A stretch of 32,000 bases of DNA from contig NZ_LN831024.1 of NCBI RefSeq assembly GCF_001457615.1, positions 4,140,001 through 4,172,000 on the forward strand, in the 5' to 3' direction. A program made the position numbers and the translations under genes. The notes below the pieces were generated by a model. It did not search any database, was not told where the DNA came from, and was given only the letters and a program-made list of their open reading frames with translations. The stretch is from Pseudomonas aeruginosa. Its GTDB lineage: Bacteria; Pseudomonadota; Gammaproteobacteria; Pseudomonadales; Pseudomonadaceae. Positions 1 through 7,605 of the stretch are shown in pieces. Position 1 is the stretch's first letter. Each line of letters begins with the position of its first letter.

Positions 1-260
1 ATGGCTCCGATCACCTGCTCCGAAGCGCGTACCGCGCGGCCCTGCTCCAGCCAGGTGTACCAGGTCACGCCGACCCCGGCGAGCTGCGCCACCTCCTCGC
101 GACGCAGGCCCGGCGTGCGTCGGCGGCCGAGGCGGGAAATGCCGACCCGCTGCGGCTCGATGCTTTCCCGCCGGCGGCGCAGGAAGGCCCCCAGCTGTTC
201 GGCGCGGGACGGCTGCGCGGGGCTTTCCGCAGCGTGGCTGGCAGGGGCGTCGAGGGGCAT
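1..260 (-). CDS. MmyB-like/XRE-family helix-turn-helix transcriptional regulator, N-terminal part only (gene runs off the left edge)
   Basis: Reverse-complement reading from the ATG at 260-258 gives MPLDAPASHAAESPAQPSRAEQLGAFLRRRRESIEPQRVGISRLGRRRTPGLRREEVAQLAGVGVTWYTWLEQGRAVRASEQVIGA. The RRRTPGLRREEVAQLAGV..TWYTWLEQGR stretch is the characteristic HTH of MmyB-like regulators. It is absent from the ORF track because it is truncated. It is divergent from the MFS gene. Confidence 0.6.
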   Translation of the reverse strand, partial: MPLDAPASHAAESPAQPSRAEQLGAFLRRRRESIEPQRVGISRLGRRRTPGLRREEVAQLAGVGVTWYTWLEQGRAVRASEQVIGA

Positions 261-379
261 GGCGAAGTCCTCCGAAGGGCAGACGGGTAGCGCCAATACC
301 AGGATAAGCAAGAACTGGTACCGGGTTAGCCAGAAGCGCATGCTGCCAGCCCACTCCCTTCCGCACAAGGACTCCGCCC

Positions 380-1822
380 ATGCCCAGCACCGTCTCGTCG
401 TCGCGGCTCGGCCTCGCCGGGCTCTGCATCCTGCTGGCGGGGCAACTGTTGCCGATGATCGATTTCTCCATCGTCAACGTCGCCCTCGACGCCCTCGCCC
501 ATTCCCTCGGCGCCAGCGAAACCGAACTGGAACTGATCGTCGCCGTCTACGGCGTGGCCTTCGCCGTGTGCCTGGCGATGGGCGGCCGGCTTGGCGACAA
601 CTACGGCCGTCGCCGCCTGTTCGATCTCGGCGTCGCCCTGTTCGCCGTCGCCTCGTTGCTTTGCGGGCTGGCCGGTTCGGTCTGGCTGCTGTTGGTGGCG
701 CGCGCCCTGCAGGGCGTCGGCGCGGCGCTGGTCGTGCCGCAGATTCTCGCCACCCTGCATGTCAGCCTCAGCGGCCACGCGCATTCCCGCGCGCTGGCCG
801 CCTACGGCGCCATCGGCGGCCTGGCCTTCGTCGTCGGCCAGGTGCTCGGCGGCTTCCTGGTCTCCGCCGACATCGGCGGCCTCGGCTGGCGCAGCGTGTT
901 CCTGATCAACCTGCCGATCTGCCTCGGCATTCTCCTTTGCAGCCGCCGCTGGGTACCGGAGACCCGCGCCGAGCATGCCGCCCGCGTCGACGCGCCGGGC
1001 ACCCTGCTGCTCGCCGCGCTGATCCTCTGCCTGCTGCTGCCGCTGGCTCTCGGCCCATCGCTGCACTGGTCCTGGCCCTGCGCCCTGCTGCTGGCGGCGG
1101 CGGTGCCGCTGCTGGCCTGGCTGTGGCGCACCGAGCTGCGCCAGGAACGCCGCCAGGCCTGGCCGTTGCTGCCGCCGTCGCTGCTGCGCCTGCCGAGCAT
1201 CCGCTTCGGCCTGTTGCTGGCGATCCTGTTCTTCGCCTGCTGGAGCGGCTTCATGTTCGCCCTTGCCCTGGCCCTGCAGGCCGGCGCCGGTCTCTCGCCG
1301 GTGCAGGCCGGCAATGCCTTCATCGCCCTCGGCGCCTCCTACTTCGTCTCGGCGCTGCTCACCGCCCGGGTGGCGGCGCGGATCGGCCCGGTACGCCTGC
1401 TGCTGCTCGGCTGCGTCATCCAGATGTGCGGCCTGCTCGGCCTGATGCTGACCCTGCAACGGGTCTGGCCGCAGCCGGGCATCCTCAACCTGGCGCCGGC
1501 GACCCTGGTGATCGGCTTCGGCCAGGCGTTCATCGTCAGCAGCTTCTTCCGCATCGGCCTCTCGGAGGTGCCGACCGCCCAGGCCGGCGCCGGCAGCGCC
1601 ATGCTCGCCACCGTCCAGCAGGCCTCCCTCGGCCTCGGCTCGGCGCTGCTCGGCGCGGTGTTCGCGCACAGGCTGGAGCGCCATGGCGACTACCTGGAAG
1701 CGACGCAGACGACCCTGGCCGTCGAGTTCGTCCTGATGACGCTGCTGCTCGGCGCCACCTGCCTCTTCTACCTGCGCCGCGTGCGCACGGTGCCATTGCG
1801 CTGCGACTCGCCGGGCAACTGA
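380..1822 (+). CDS. Major facilitator superfamily transporter, 14-TMS drug:H+ antiporter-like (DHA2/EmrB-QacA type)
   Basis: 480-aa ORF with its ATG at 380, preceded by AAGGA (367-371). It consists almost entirely of hydrophobic segments and carries an MFS motif-A-like GGRLGDNYGRRRLF. Length and segment count fit the 14-TMS subfamily. Competing ORFs on this span are Arg/Ala/Gly-rich off-frame artefacts. Confidence 0.85.
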   Translation: MPSTVSSSRLGLAGLCILLAGQLLPMIDFSIVNVALDALAHSLGASETELELIVAVYGVAFAVCLAMGGRLGDNYGRRRLFDLGVALFAVASLLCGLAGSVWLLLVARALQGVGAALVVPQILATLHVSLSGHAHSRALAAYGAIGGLAFVVGQVLGGFLVSADIGGLGWRSVFLINLPICLGILLCSRRWVPETRAEHAARVDAPGTLLLAALILCLLLPLALGPSLHWSWPCALLLAAAVPLLAWLWRTELRQERRQAWPLLPPSLLRLPSIRFGLLLAILFFACWSGFMFALALALQAGAGLSPVQAGNAFIALGASYFVSALLTARVAARIGPVRLLLLGCVIQMCGLLGLMLTLQRVWPQPGILNLAPATLVIGFGQAFIVSSFFRIGLSEVPTAQAGAGSAMLATVQQASLGLGSALLGAVFAHRLERHGDYLEATQTTLAVEFVLMTLLLGATCLFYLRRVRTVPLRCDSPGN

Positions 1823-1827
1823 GGCGC

Positions 1828-1852
1828 GCGGCCGGGCCCTGTTCCCGGCCGC
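1828..1852 (+). terminator. GC-rich hairpin directly after the MFS stop codon (possible terminator or attenuator, no U-tract)
   Basis: GCGGCCGGG (1828-1836) and CCCGGCCGC (1844-1852) form a perfect 9-bp inverted repeat with a 7-nt loop, 6 nt after the TGA at 1820-1822. No T-run follows, so intrinsic-terminator function is uncertain. Confidence 0.3.
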
Positions 1853-1863
1853 CGGCGCCCCGT

Positions 1864-2661
1864 ATGCTGGCGCGGTCCCCCAGCCAGGCCTTCGCCCCGA
1901 TGCACGACCTGCTCGCCGCCCCGCCCCCCGCCGACCTCGCCAGCCTGCTGGCCAGCCTGCGCCAGGTCGAGGCGCTGCTCGACGCCATGCCCGGCGTGGT
2001 GTTCTTCGTCAAGGACGAGCGCGCCCGCTACGTCCTGGTCAACCGCACCCTGGCACGCCGCTGCGGCGTGAAGGACAAGGCCGAACTGCTCGGCCGCAGC
2101 GCCGACGAGGTCTTCCCTTCCAGCCTCGGTCCGCTCTATGCCGAGCAGGATCGGCGCGTGCTGCGCGGCGGCGCGACGCTGGAGAACCAGTTGGAGCTGC
2201 ACCTCTATCCCGGTCGCCAGCCGGGCTGGTGCCTGACCCACAAGCAGGCGCTGCGCGATGCCGACGGGGCGATCATCGGCATGGCCGGCATCTCCCACGA
2301 CCTGCCGGCGGCGCAGTCGGCGCACCCGGCCTACGGCCGGCTGGCGGCGGTGGATGCGCATATCCGCGAGCACTACGACCAGCCGCTCAGCCTCGCCGAT
2401 CTCACTGCCATCGCCGGGCTCTCGGTGGCGCAACTGGAGCGTCACTGCAAGCGCATCTTCCAGCTCACCCCACGGCAGATGATCCACAAGGCGCGGCTCG
2501 GCGCCGCCTCGCAACTGCTCGCCGGCGACGCGCCGATCACCGAGATCGCCCTGCGCTGCGGCTACACCGACCACAGCGCCTTCAGCCGCCAGTTCAAGGC
2601 GCTCACCGGACTCTCGCCGAGCCAGTACCGCGAGACCCATCGCCAGCCCCGAAAAGCGTAA
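1864..2661 (+). CDS. lhpR: PAS-domain AraC/XylS-family transcriptional regulator (hydroxyproline-catabolism regulator LhpR in PAO1, from memory)
   Basis: This is the in-frame C-terminal part of track ORF 1..2661. The N-terminal PAS-like region reads PGVVFFVKDERARYVLVNRTLARRCG...IIGMAGISHDL. The C-terminal AraC double HTH reads LSLADLTAIAGLSVAQLERHCKRIFQLTPRQMIHKARL...ITEIALRCGYTDHSAFSRQFKALTGLSPSQYR. The start is uncertain: ATG 1864 or ATG 1900, and neither has a good SD. Confidence 0.8.
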   Translation: MLARSPSQAFAPMHDLLAAPPPADLASLLASLRQVEALLDAMPGVVFFVKDERARYVLVNRTLARRCGVKDKAELLGRSADEVFPSSLGPLYAEQDRRVLRGGATLENQLELHLYPGRQPGWCLTHKQALRDADGAIIGMAGISHDLPAAQSAHPAYGRLAAVDAHIREHYDQPLSLADLTAIAGLSVAQLERHCKRIFQLTPRQMIHKARLGAASQLLAGDAPITEIALRCGYTDHSAFSRQFKALTGLSPSQYRETHRQPRKA

Positions 2662-2825
2662 CGCCTCGCCCCGCCACGGGGCGGCGGTAGCAATCCTGCT
2701 CCCTTTTGTAACACCGCCGGCCGCGCCCGAGCGGGGCGCAGTCCGGCGCGGCATGGCACAGCGACGCGCCAGCCAAAGCGGTCGCGCTCCAGCGAAAGGT
2801 TTTTTATCGGCGTCGGACGAGGTTC

Positions 2826-2840
2826 TGGCACAGCCATTGC
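2826..2840 (+). promoter_or_regulatory. Candidate sigma-54 (RpoN) -24/-12 promoter upstream of the binding-protein gene
   Basis: TGGCAC-agcca-TTGCt is an exact match to the TGGCAC-N5-TTGCW core. It is intergenic, correctly oriented and 79 nt upstream of the ATG at 2919. No enhancer-binding-protein gene is visible in the window. The 9-mer TGGCACAGC also occurs at 2754-2762. Confidence 0.45.
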
Positions 2841-2852
2841 TCACTTAAAATA

Positions 2853-2865
2853 TCGTATACGAAAT
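2853..2865. promoter_or_regulatory. Shared operator-like motif TCGTATACGAAAT (copy 1), core is a perfect 10-bp palindrome TCGTATACGA
   Basis: An identical 13-mer recurs at 8760-8772, upstream of the second Hyp transcription unit. Copy 1 starts 12 nt downstream of the putative -12 element, so it would overlap the predicted transcription start. Confidence 0.4.
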
Positions 2866-2918
2866 CACAAATACGGGATTTGCCGCCCTCCCACTCAACC
2901 GCATCGCCAGAGGCCCCC

Positions 2919-3740
2919 ATGAATACCAAGAAGACCCTTGCCCTAGCCCTCACCGCTGCCCTGGGCTGTTCCCTCGCCGGTCTCGCCCAGGCCGACAAGC
3001 TCGACGACATCATCGAGTCCGGCAAGCTGCGCTGCGCCGTCACCCTGGACTTTCCGCCGATGGGCTCGCGCGATGCGCAGAACAACCCGGTGGGCTTCGA
3101 CGTCGATTACTGCAACGACCTGGCGAAGGCCCTGGACGTCAAGGCGGAGATCGTCGAGACGCCCTTTCCCGACCGCATCCCGGCGCTGGTATCGGGTCGC
3201 GCCGACGTGATCGTCGCGTCCACCTCGGACACCCTGGAGCGGGCCAAGACCATCGGCATGAGCATCCCCTACTTCGCCTTCGTCAAGGTGGTACTGACCC
3301 GCGAGGACACCGGCATCGCCAGCTACGAGGACCTCAAGGGCCGCCCGGTCGGCGGCACCGCCGGCACCTTCGAGGCGCTGGCCCTGGAGAAGGACAGCAA
3401 GGCCTGGGGCGACGCCAAGGGCAGCTTCCGCGCCTACCAGTCCGAGGCCGACACCGCCCTGGCGATCAGCCAGGGGCATATCGACGCCACGGTCGTCTCT
3501 TCCACCGTCGCCGCCTCGTGGATCAAGTCGGGCAAGTACAAGGGCCTGAAGATCGCCGGCGACGCGCCCTATGACATCGACTACGTGGCCCTCGGCGCCA
3601 AGCGCAACGAATACGGCCTGCTCAACTACCTGAACCTGTTCATCAACCAGCAGGTGCGCACCGGCCGCTACGCCGAGCTGGCGCAGAAATGGGTCGGCGG
3701 CACGGCGCCGGAGCTGACCACCAGCGCGGTCTACCGCTGA
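2919..3740 (+). CDS. Periplasmic substrate-binding protein of a polar amino-acid ABC transporter (SBP family 3)
   Basis: The track ORF 2880..3740 starts at a TTG. I place the start at ATG 2919 (MNTKKTLALALTAALGCSLAGLAQA/DK), which gives a typical Sec signal peptide. The body is typical of His/Glu/Gln/Arg-type binding proteins (GFDVDYCNDLAKAL, RADVIVAS). Confidence 0.85.
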   Translation: MNTKKTLALALTAALGCSLAGLAQADKLDDIIESGKLRCAVTLDFPPMGSRDAQNNPVGFDVDYCNDLAKALDVKAEIVETPFPDRIPALVSGRADVIVASTSDTLERAKTIGMSIPYFAFVKVVLTREDTGIASYEDLKGRPVGGTAGTFEALALEKDSKAWGDAKGSFRAYQSEADTALAISQGHIDATVVSSTVAASWIKSGKYKGLKIAGDAPYDIDYVALGAKRNEYGLLNYLNLFINQQVRTGRYAELAQKWVGGTAPELTTSAVYR

Positions 3741-3747
3741 AGCCGAG

Positions 3748-3773
3748 GGCGCGGTCCGCCGCCGGGCCGCGCC
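3748..3773 (+). terminator. Intercistronic hairpin after the binding-protein gene (possible partial terminator or mRNA stabiliser)
   Basis: GGCGCGG (3748-3754) and CCGCGCC (3767-3773) form a 7-bp stem with a 12-nt loop, followed by GTTTCCCCCC. A hairpin after the SBP gene is a common way of over-expressing the SBP relative to the membrane components. Confidence 0.35.
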
Positions 3774-3798
3774 GTTTCCCCCCGTCCTGGATGCGCCG

Positions 3799-5541
3799 AT
3801 GAAGCACGCACACCTCATCGTTCCCCGTACCCTGGTCGCCGGCAGCGCGTCCGGCGAACTGCTGTACGCACCGACCGGCCTGAGCTTCTGGGGCGGCGTC
3901 GACCCGCGCAGCGCGGAAGTGATCGACCGTCACCACCCGCTCAGCGGCCGCCATCTGCACGGCAGGCTGCTGGCGATTCCCGGTGGGCGCGGCTCCTGCA
4001 CCGGCAGCAGCGTACTGCTGGAACTGATCCTCGGCGGACGTGCGCCGGCGGCGATCCTCCTGCGCGAACCGGACGAAATCCTCGCCCTCGGCGCGATAGT
4101 CGCCGAGGAACTGTTCGGCCGCTCGCTACCCATCGCCTGTCTCGGCGAGCGCTTCGACGAACTCGCCGCCTATCCCTGGGCGCGCCTGGCCGACGGTCGC
4201 CTGGAACTCCACCGCGATGCCCCGCCGCCGCTGGAGGCCCGGCCCGCCGAAGCGCTGGCGACCGATGCCGGCCCGCGACTGGACGCCTTCGACCAGGCCC
4301 TGCTCGCCGGCGAACACGGCGAAGCCGCGCGCCTGGCGATGCGCATCGTCCTGCGCATGGCGGCGTTGCAGGGCGCGCAACGGCTGATCGACATCCAGCG
4401 CGCGCACATCGACGCTTGCATCTACACCGGCCCGGCCGGCCTGCGTTTCGCCGAGACCCTGCGCGACCTCGGTGCCCGGGTGCAGGTACCGACCACCCTC
4501 AACGCCATCTCCGTGGACCAGCGCCGTTGGCGCGAACAGGGCGTACCCGCCGCCCTCGGCGAGCCAGCCGCGGCCCTGGCCCGGGCCTATCTCGACATGG
4601 GCGCGCAGCCCAGCTTCACCTGCGCGCCCTACCTGCTCGACGACAGCGCGCGGGCCGGCGAACAGATCGTCTGGGCCGAGTCCAACGCGGTGCTCTTCGC
4701 CAACAGCGTGCTCGGCGCACGCACCAACAAGTACGCCGACTTCATGGATATCTGCTGCGCCCTCACCGGTCGCGCGCCGCTGGCCGGCTGCCACCTCGAC
4801 GAGCAGCGCCAGGCGCGGGTACTGATCGAAGTGGAAGACCTCGGCAGCGTCGACGATGCCTTCTACCCGACCCTCGGCTACCTCTGCGGCCTGCTCTGCG
4901 ACGGACAGATCCCGGCGATCGACGGCCTGCGGCAGCGGCAGCCGGACCACGACGCGCTCAAGGCCTTCGGCGCGGCGCTGGGCACCAGTTCCTCGGTGCC
5001 GATGTTCCACGTCATCGGCGTCACCCCGGAAGCCCCTGACCTGGCCAGCGCCTTCGGCGGCCGCGCGCCGCGGCGGACCCTGCGGGTCGGACGCGAGCGC
5101 CTGCGCGACGCCTGGCGCGAGCTGGACAGCGCCGGCGAGACGCGGATCGACCTGGTGGCGCTGGGCAACCCGCACTTCTCCGCCAGCGAATTCGCCCAGC
5201 TCGCCGCGCTCTGCCACGGCCGCCGCAGACACCCGGAGGTAGCGCTGGTGATCACCAGCAGCCGGCAGGTCGTCGCCCAGGCCGAAGCGGCCGGGCACCT
5301 GGCGACGCTGCAGGCGTTCGGCGCGCGGCTGGTCACCGACACCTGCTGGTGCATGCTCGACGAACCGCTGGTGCCGCCGGGCGCGCGCACCCTGATGACC
5401 AACTCCGCCAAGTATGCCCACTACGCCCCCGGACTGGTCGGCCGCCAGGTGCGCTTCGCCGGCCTCGCCGGCTGCGTCGAGGCCGCCGTCGGCGGGCGGG
5501 CCCCCGCCGGGCTGCCCGCCTGGTTGAGCGAGGACTGCTGA
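3799..5541 (+). CDS. Aconitase X (AcnX) single-polypeptide form, DUF126-like small domain fused N-terminal to DUF521-like large domain; cis-3-hydroxy-L-proline dehydratase family
   Basis: 580-aa ORF. The N-terminal ~130 aa carry the AcnX small-subunit hallmarks (LSFWGGVDP, GGRGSCTGSSVLLE, APAAILL). The remainder resembles the large subunit (VPTTLNAIS, WAESNAVLFANSVLGARTN). Assignment to cis-3-Hyp dehydratase rests on published AcnX work recalled from memory. Confidence 0.8.
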   Translation: MKHAHLIVPRTLVAGSASGELLYAPTGLSFWGGVDPRSAEVIDRHHPLSGRHLHGRLLAIPGGRGSCTGSSVLLELILGGRAPAAILLREPDEILALGAIVAEELFGRSLPIACLGERFDELAAYPWARLADGRLELHRDAPPPLEARPAEALATDAGPRLDAFDQALLAGEHGEAARLAMRIVLRMAALQGAQRLIDIQRAHIDACIYTGPAGLRFAETLRDLGARVQVPTTLNAISVDQRRWREQGVPAALGEPAAALARAYLDMGAQPSFTCAPYLLDDSARAGEQIVWAESNAVLFANSVLGARTNKYADFMDICCALTGRAPLAGCHLDEQRQARVLIEVEDLGSVDDAFYPTLGYLCGLLCDGQIPAIDGLRQRQPDHDALKAFGAALGTSSSVPMFHVIGVTPEAPDLASAFGGRAPRRTLRVGRERLRDAWRELDSAGETRIDLVALGNPHFSASEFAQLAALCHGRRRHPEVALVITSSRQVVAQAEAAGHLATLQAFGARLVTDTCWCMLDEPLVPPGARTLMTNSAKYAHYAPGLVGRQVRFAGLAGCVEAAVGGRAPAGLPAWLSEDC

Positions 5542-6206
5542 TGTTCGACTACACCTTCCACTGGCGCTCGGCGTTCAACGCCCTGCCGGAGATGCTCGCC
5601 GGCAGCCTGGTGACGCTCCAGGTCACCGCGCTGTCGATGCTCTTCGGCATCCTCATCGCCCTGCTCCTGGCCTTCGCCCGGCTCGGCGGCAACCGCCCGC
5701 TGCGCGCCGCCGCCGGAGCCTGGATCTCCATCGCGCGGAATACCCCGGCGCTGTTCCAGATCTACATCCTCTACTTCGGCCTGGGCTCCTTCGGCCTGCA
5801 CGTCAGTTCCTGGTTCGCCCTGCTCGCCGGGGTCACCTTCAACAACGCCGGCTACCTCGCCGAGACCTTCCGCGGCGGCCTCCAGGCGGTGCCCGAGACC
5901 CAGTTGCGGGCGGCCCGCTCGCTGGGCATGAGCGCGCCGCAGGCCTATCGCCTGGTGGTGATCCCGCAGCTGCTGCGGGTGGTGTTCTACCCGCTGACCA
6001 ACCAGTTGGTCTGGGCCATGCTGATGACCTCCCTCGGCGTGGTGGTGGGCCTGACCGACGACCTCACCGGCGTCACCCAGGCACTCAACGTCAAGACCTT
6101 CCGCACCTTCGAATACTTCGCCCTGGCCGCCGTCCTCTACTTCGCCATGGCCAAGCTGCTGGTGCTGGCCGCCCGCCTGCTGGGCTGGCGCCTGTTCCGT
6201 TACTGA
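5541..6206 (+). CDS. ABC transporter permease (polar amino-acid type), first of two
   Basis: The start is moved from track position 5349 to ATG 5541 (MFDYTFHWRS...). This overlaps the upstream TGA by one base (cTGATG), implying translational coupling. The 64 upstream codons are Arg/Pro-rich junk. An EAA-like loop is present (ARSLGMSAPQAYRLVVIPQ). Confidence 0.85.
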   Translation: MFDYTFHWRSAFNALPEMLAGSLVTLQVTALSMLFGILIALLLAFARLGGNRPLRAAAGAWISIARNTPALFQIYILYFGLGSFGLHVSSWFALLAGVTFNNAGYLAETFRGGLQAVPETQLRAARSLGMSAPQAYRLVVIPQLLRVVFYPLTNQLVWAMLMTSLGVVVGLTDDLTGVTQALNVKTFRTFEYFALAAVLYFAMAKLLVLAARLLGWRLFRY

Positions 6207-6216
6207 GGGGAATGCC

Positions 6217-6861
6217 GTGTTCACCACCAGCCTCACCGCCAACGACCTGCTGTTCCTCCTGCAAGGCGCCTGGACCACCCTCGCCATCACCGCCATGGCG
6301 ATGCTGATCGGCACCCTGCTGGGTGTCGTCTTCGGCCTGCTCCGCGCCCTGCTGCCAAGCGCCAGCCTGCCGCTGGCGGCGCTGCTCGACGTATTCCGCA
6401 GCGTGCCGCTGCTGATCCAGTTCGTCCTGCTCAATTCCTTCAAGAGCATCCTCGGCCTCGACTGGAGCGCCTTCGCCGTGGCCTGCCTGGTGCTCGGCGT
6501 GTACGCCGCCGCCTACTGCACCGAGGTGGTCCGCGGCGGCGTCCTCTCGGTACCGCCGAGCGTGCGCCGGGCGGCGCGTTCGCTGGGCCTGAGCTATCGC
6601 CAGGACCTGTTCCACATCGTCCTGCCGATGGCCGCCCGGGTGGCCTTCCCCGGTTGGGTCAACCTGACCCTGTCGGTGATGAAGGACACCTCGCTGGTGC
6701 TCTGGATCGGCATCGTCGAACTGCTGCGCGCCTCGCAGACCATCGTCACGCGCATCCAGGAACCGCTCTTCGTGCTCTGCATCGCGGGGCTCGTCTATTA
6801 CTTCATGAGCTGGGTGGTCGCGCGACTCGGCGCCCGGCTGGAACGGAGATGGCAGCAATGA
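6217..6861 (+). CDS. ABC transporter permease (polar amino-acid type), second of two
   Basis: GTG start at 6217 preceded by GAGGGG (6205-6210). The 214-aa product is multi-TM with an EAA loop (AARSLGLSYRQDLFHIVLPMA). Confidence 0.85.
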   Translation: MFTTSLTANDLLFLLQGAWTTLAITAMAMLIGTLLGVVFGLLRALLPSASLPLAALLDVFRSVPLLIQFVLLNSFKSILGLDWSAFAVACLVLGVYAAAYCTEVVRGGVLSVPPSVRRAARSLGLSYRQDLFHIVLPMAARVAFPGWVNLTLSVMKDTSLVLWIGIVELLRASQTIVTRIQEPLFVLCIAGLVYYFMSWVVARLGARLERRWQQ

Positions 6862-7580
6862 TCGAGATCAGCGGCGTGCACAAGGCCTACGGCCAGTTCG
6901 AGGTGGTCAAGGGTGTAGACCTGAGGGTGGACAAGGGCGAGGTGCTGTCGATCATCGGCGGCTCCGGTTCCGGCAAGTCGACCCTGCTGATGTGCATCAA
7001 CGGCCTGGAGCCGATCCAGCGCGGCAGCATCCGCGTCGACGGCATCGACGTGCATGCCCGCGGTACCGACCTCAACCGCCTGCGGCGGAAGATCGGCATC
7101 GTCTTCCAGCAGTGGAACGCCTTCCCCCACCTGACCGTGCTGGAAAACGTCATGCTCGCGCCGCGCAAGGTGCTCGGCAAGAGCCGCGCCGAAGCCGAGG
7201 CGATGGCGCTGAAGCAACTCACCCACGTCGGTCTCGGCGACAAGCTCAAGGTCTTCCCCCAGCGCCTTTCCGGCGGCCAGCAACAGCGCATGGCGATCGC
7301 CCGGGCGCTGGCGATGTCGCCGGACTACATGCTGTTCGACGAAGCCACCTCGGCGCTCGACCCGCAGTTGGTCGGCGAGGTGCTGGACACCATGCGCCTG
7401 CTCGCCGAGGAAGGCATGACCATGGTCCTGGTCACCCACGAGATCCGCTTCGCCCGCGACGTGTCCGACCGGGTGGCGTTCTTCCGCAATGGCCTGGTCC
7501 ACGAGATCGGCACCCCCGACCAGGTGATCGGCAACCCGCAGCGGCCGGAGACGGTGGAATTCCTCCGCTCGGTGCTCTGA
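6858..7580 (+). CDS. ABC transporter ATP-binding protein
   Basis: Walker [10 protein letters not shown], signature LSGGQQQR and Walker [12 protein letters not shown] are all present. I chose ATG 6858, which forms an ATGA overlap with the permease stop and has GGAGA 8 nt upstream. ATG 6849 is an alternative start. The track start at 6654 lies inside the permease gene. Confidence 0.9.
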   Translation: MIEISGVHKAYGQFEVVKGVDLRVDKGEVLSIIGGSGSGKSTLLMCINGLEPIQRGSIRVDGIDVHARGTDLNRLRRKIGIVFQQWNAFPHLTVLENVMLAPRKVLGKSRAEAEAMALKQLTHVGLGDKLKVFPQRLSGGQQQRMAIARALAMSPDYMLFDEATSALDPQLVGEVLDTMRLLAEEGMTMVLVTHEIRFARDVSDRVAFFRNGLVHEIGTPDQVIGNPQRPETVEFLRSVL

Positions 7581-7605
7581 GCCCGCCCCCGCACAGGAGA
7601 TAGCC

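Noticed and set aside
326-1684. Long antisense ORFs opposite recognised genes, for example 326..1684, 4126..5421, 5421..6449, 6798..8105, 8092..9645, 9501..11045, 12684..13565, 14607..16580, 24225..25772, 26935..28692 and 30225..31322.
   Set aside because: Open antisense frames are typical of >65 percent G+C DNA, where stop codons are rare. Their composition is dominated by Ala/Gly/Arg/Glu/Asp runs. They have no SD-start context, and each overlaps a gene with strong domain evidence.
1-2661. 886-aa ORF on the plus strand spanning the whole left end.
   Set aside because: Its first ~620 residues are Arg/Pro/Ala/Gly low-complexity sequence. They read through a minus-strand regulator gene and, off-frame, through the MFS gene. 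Only the last ~265 codons (the PAS-AraC regulator) look like protein.
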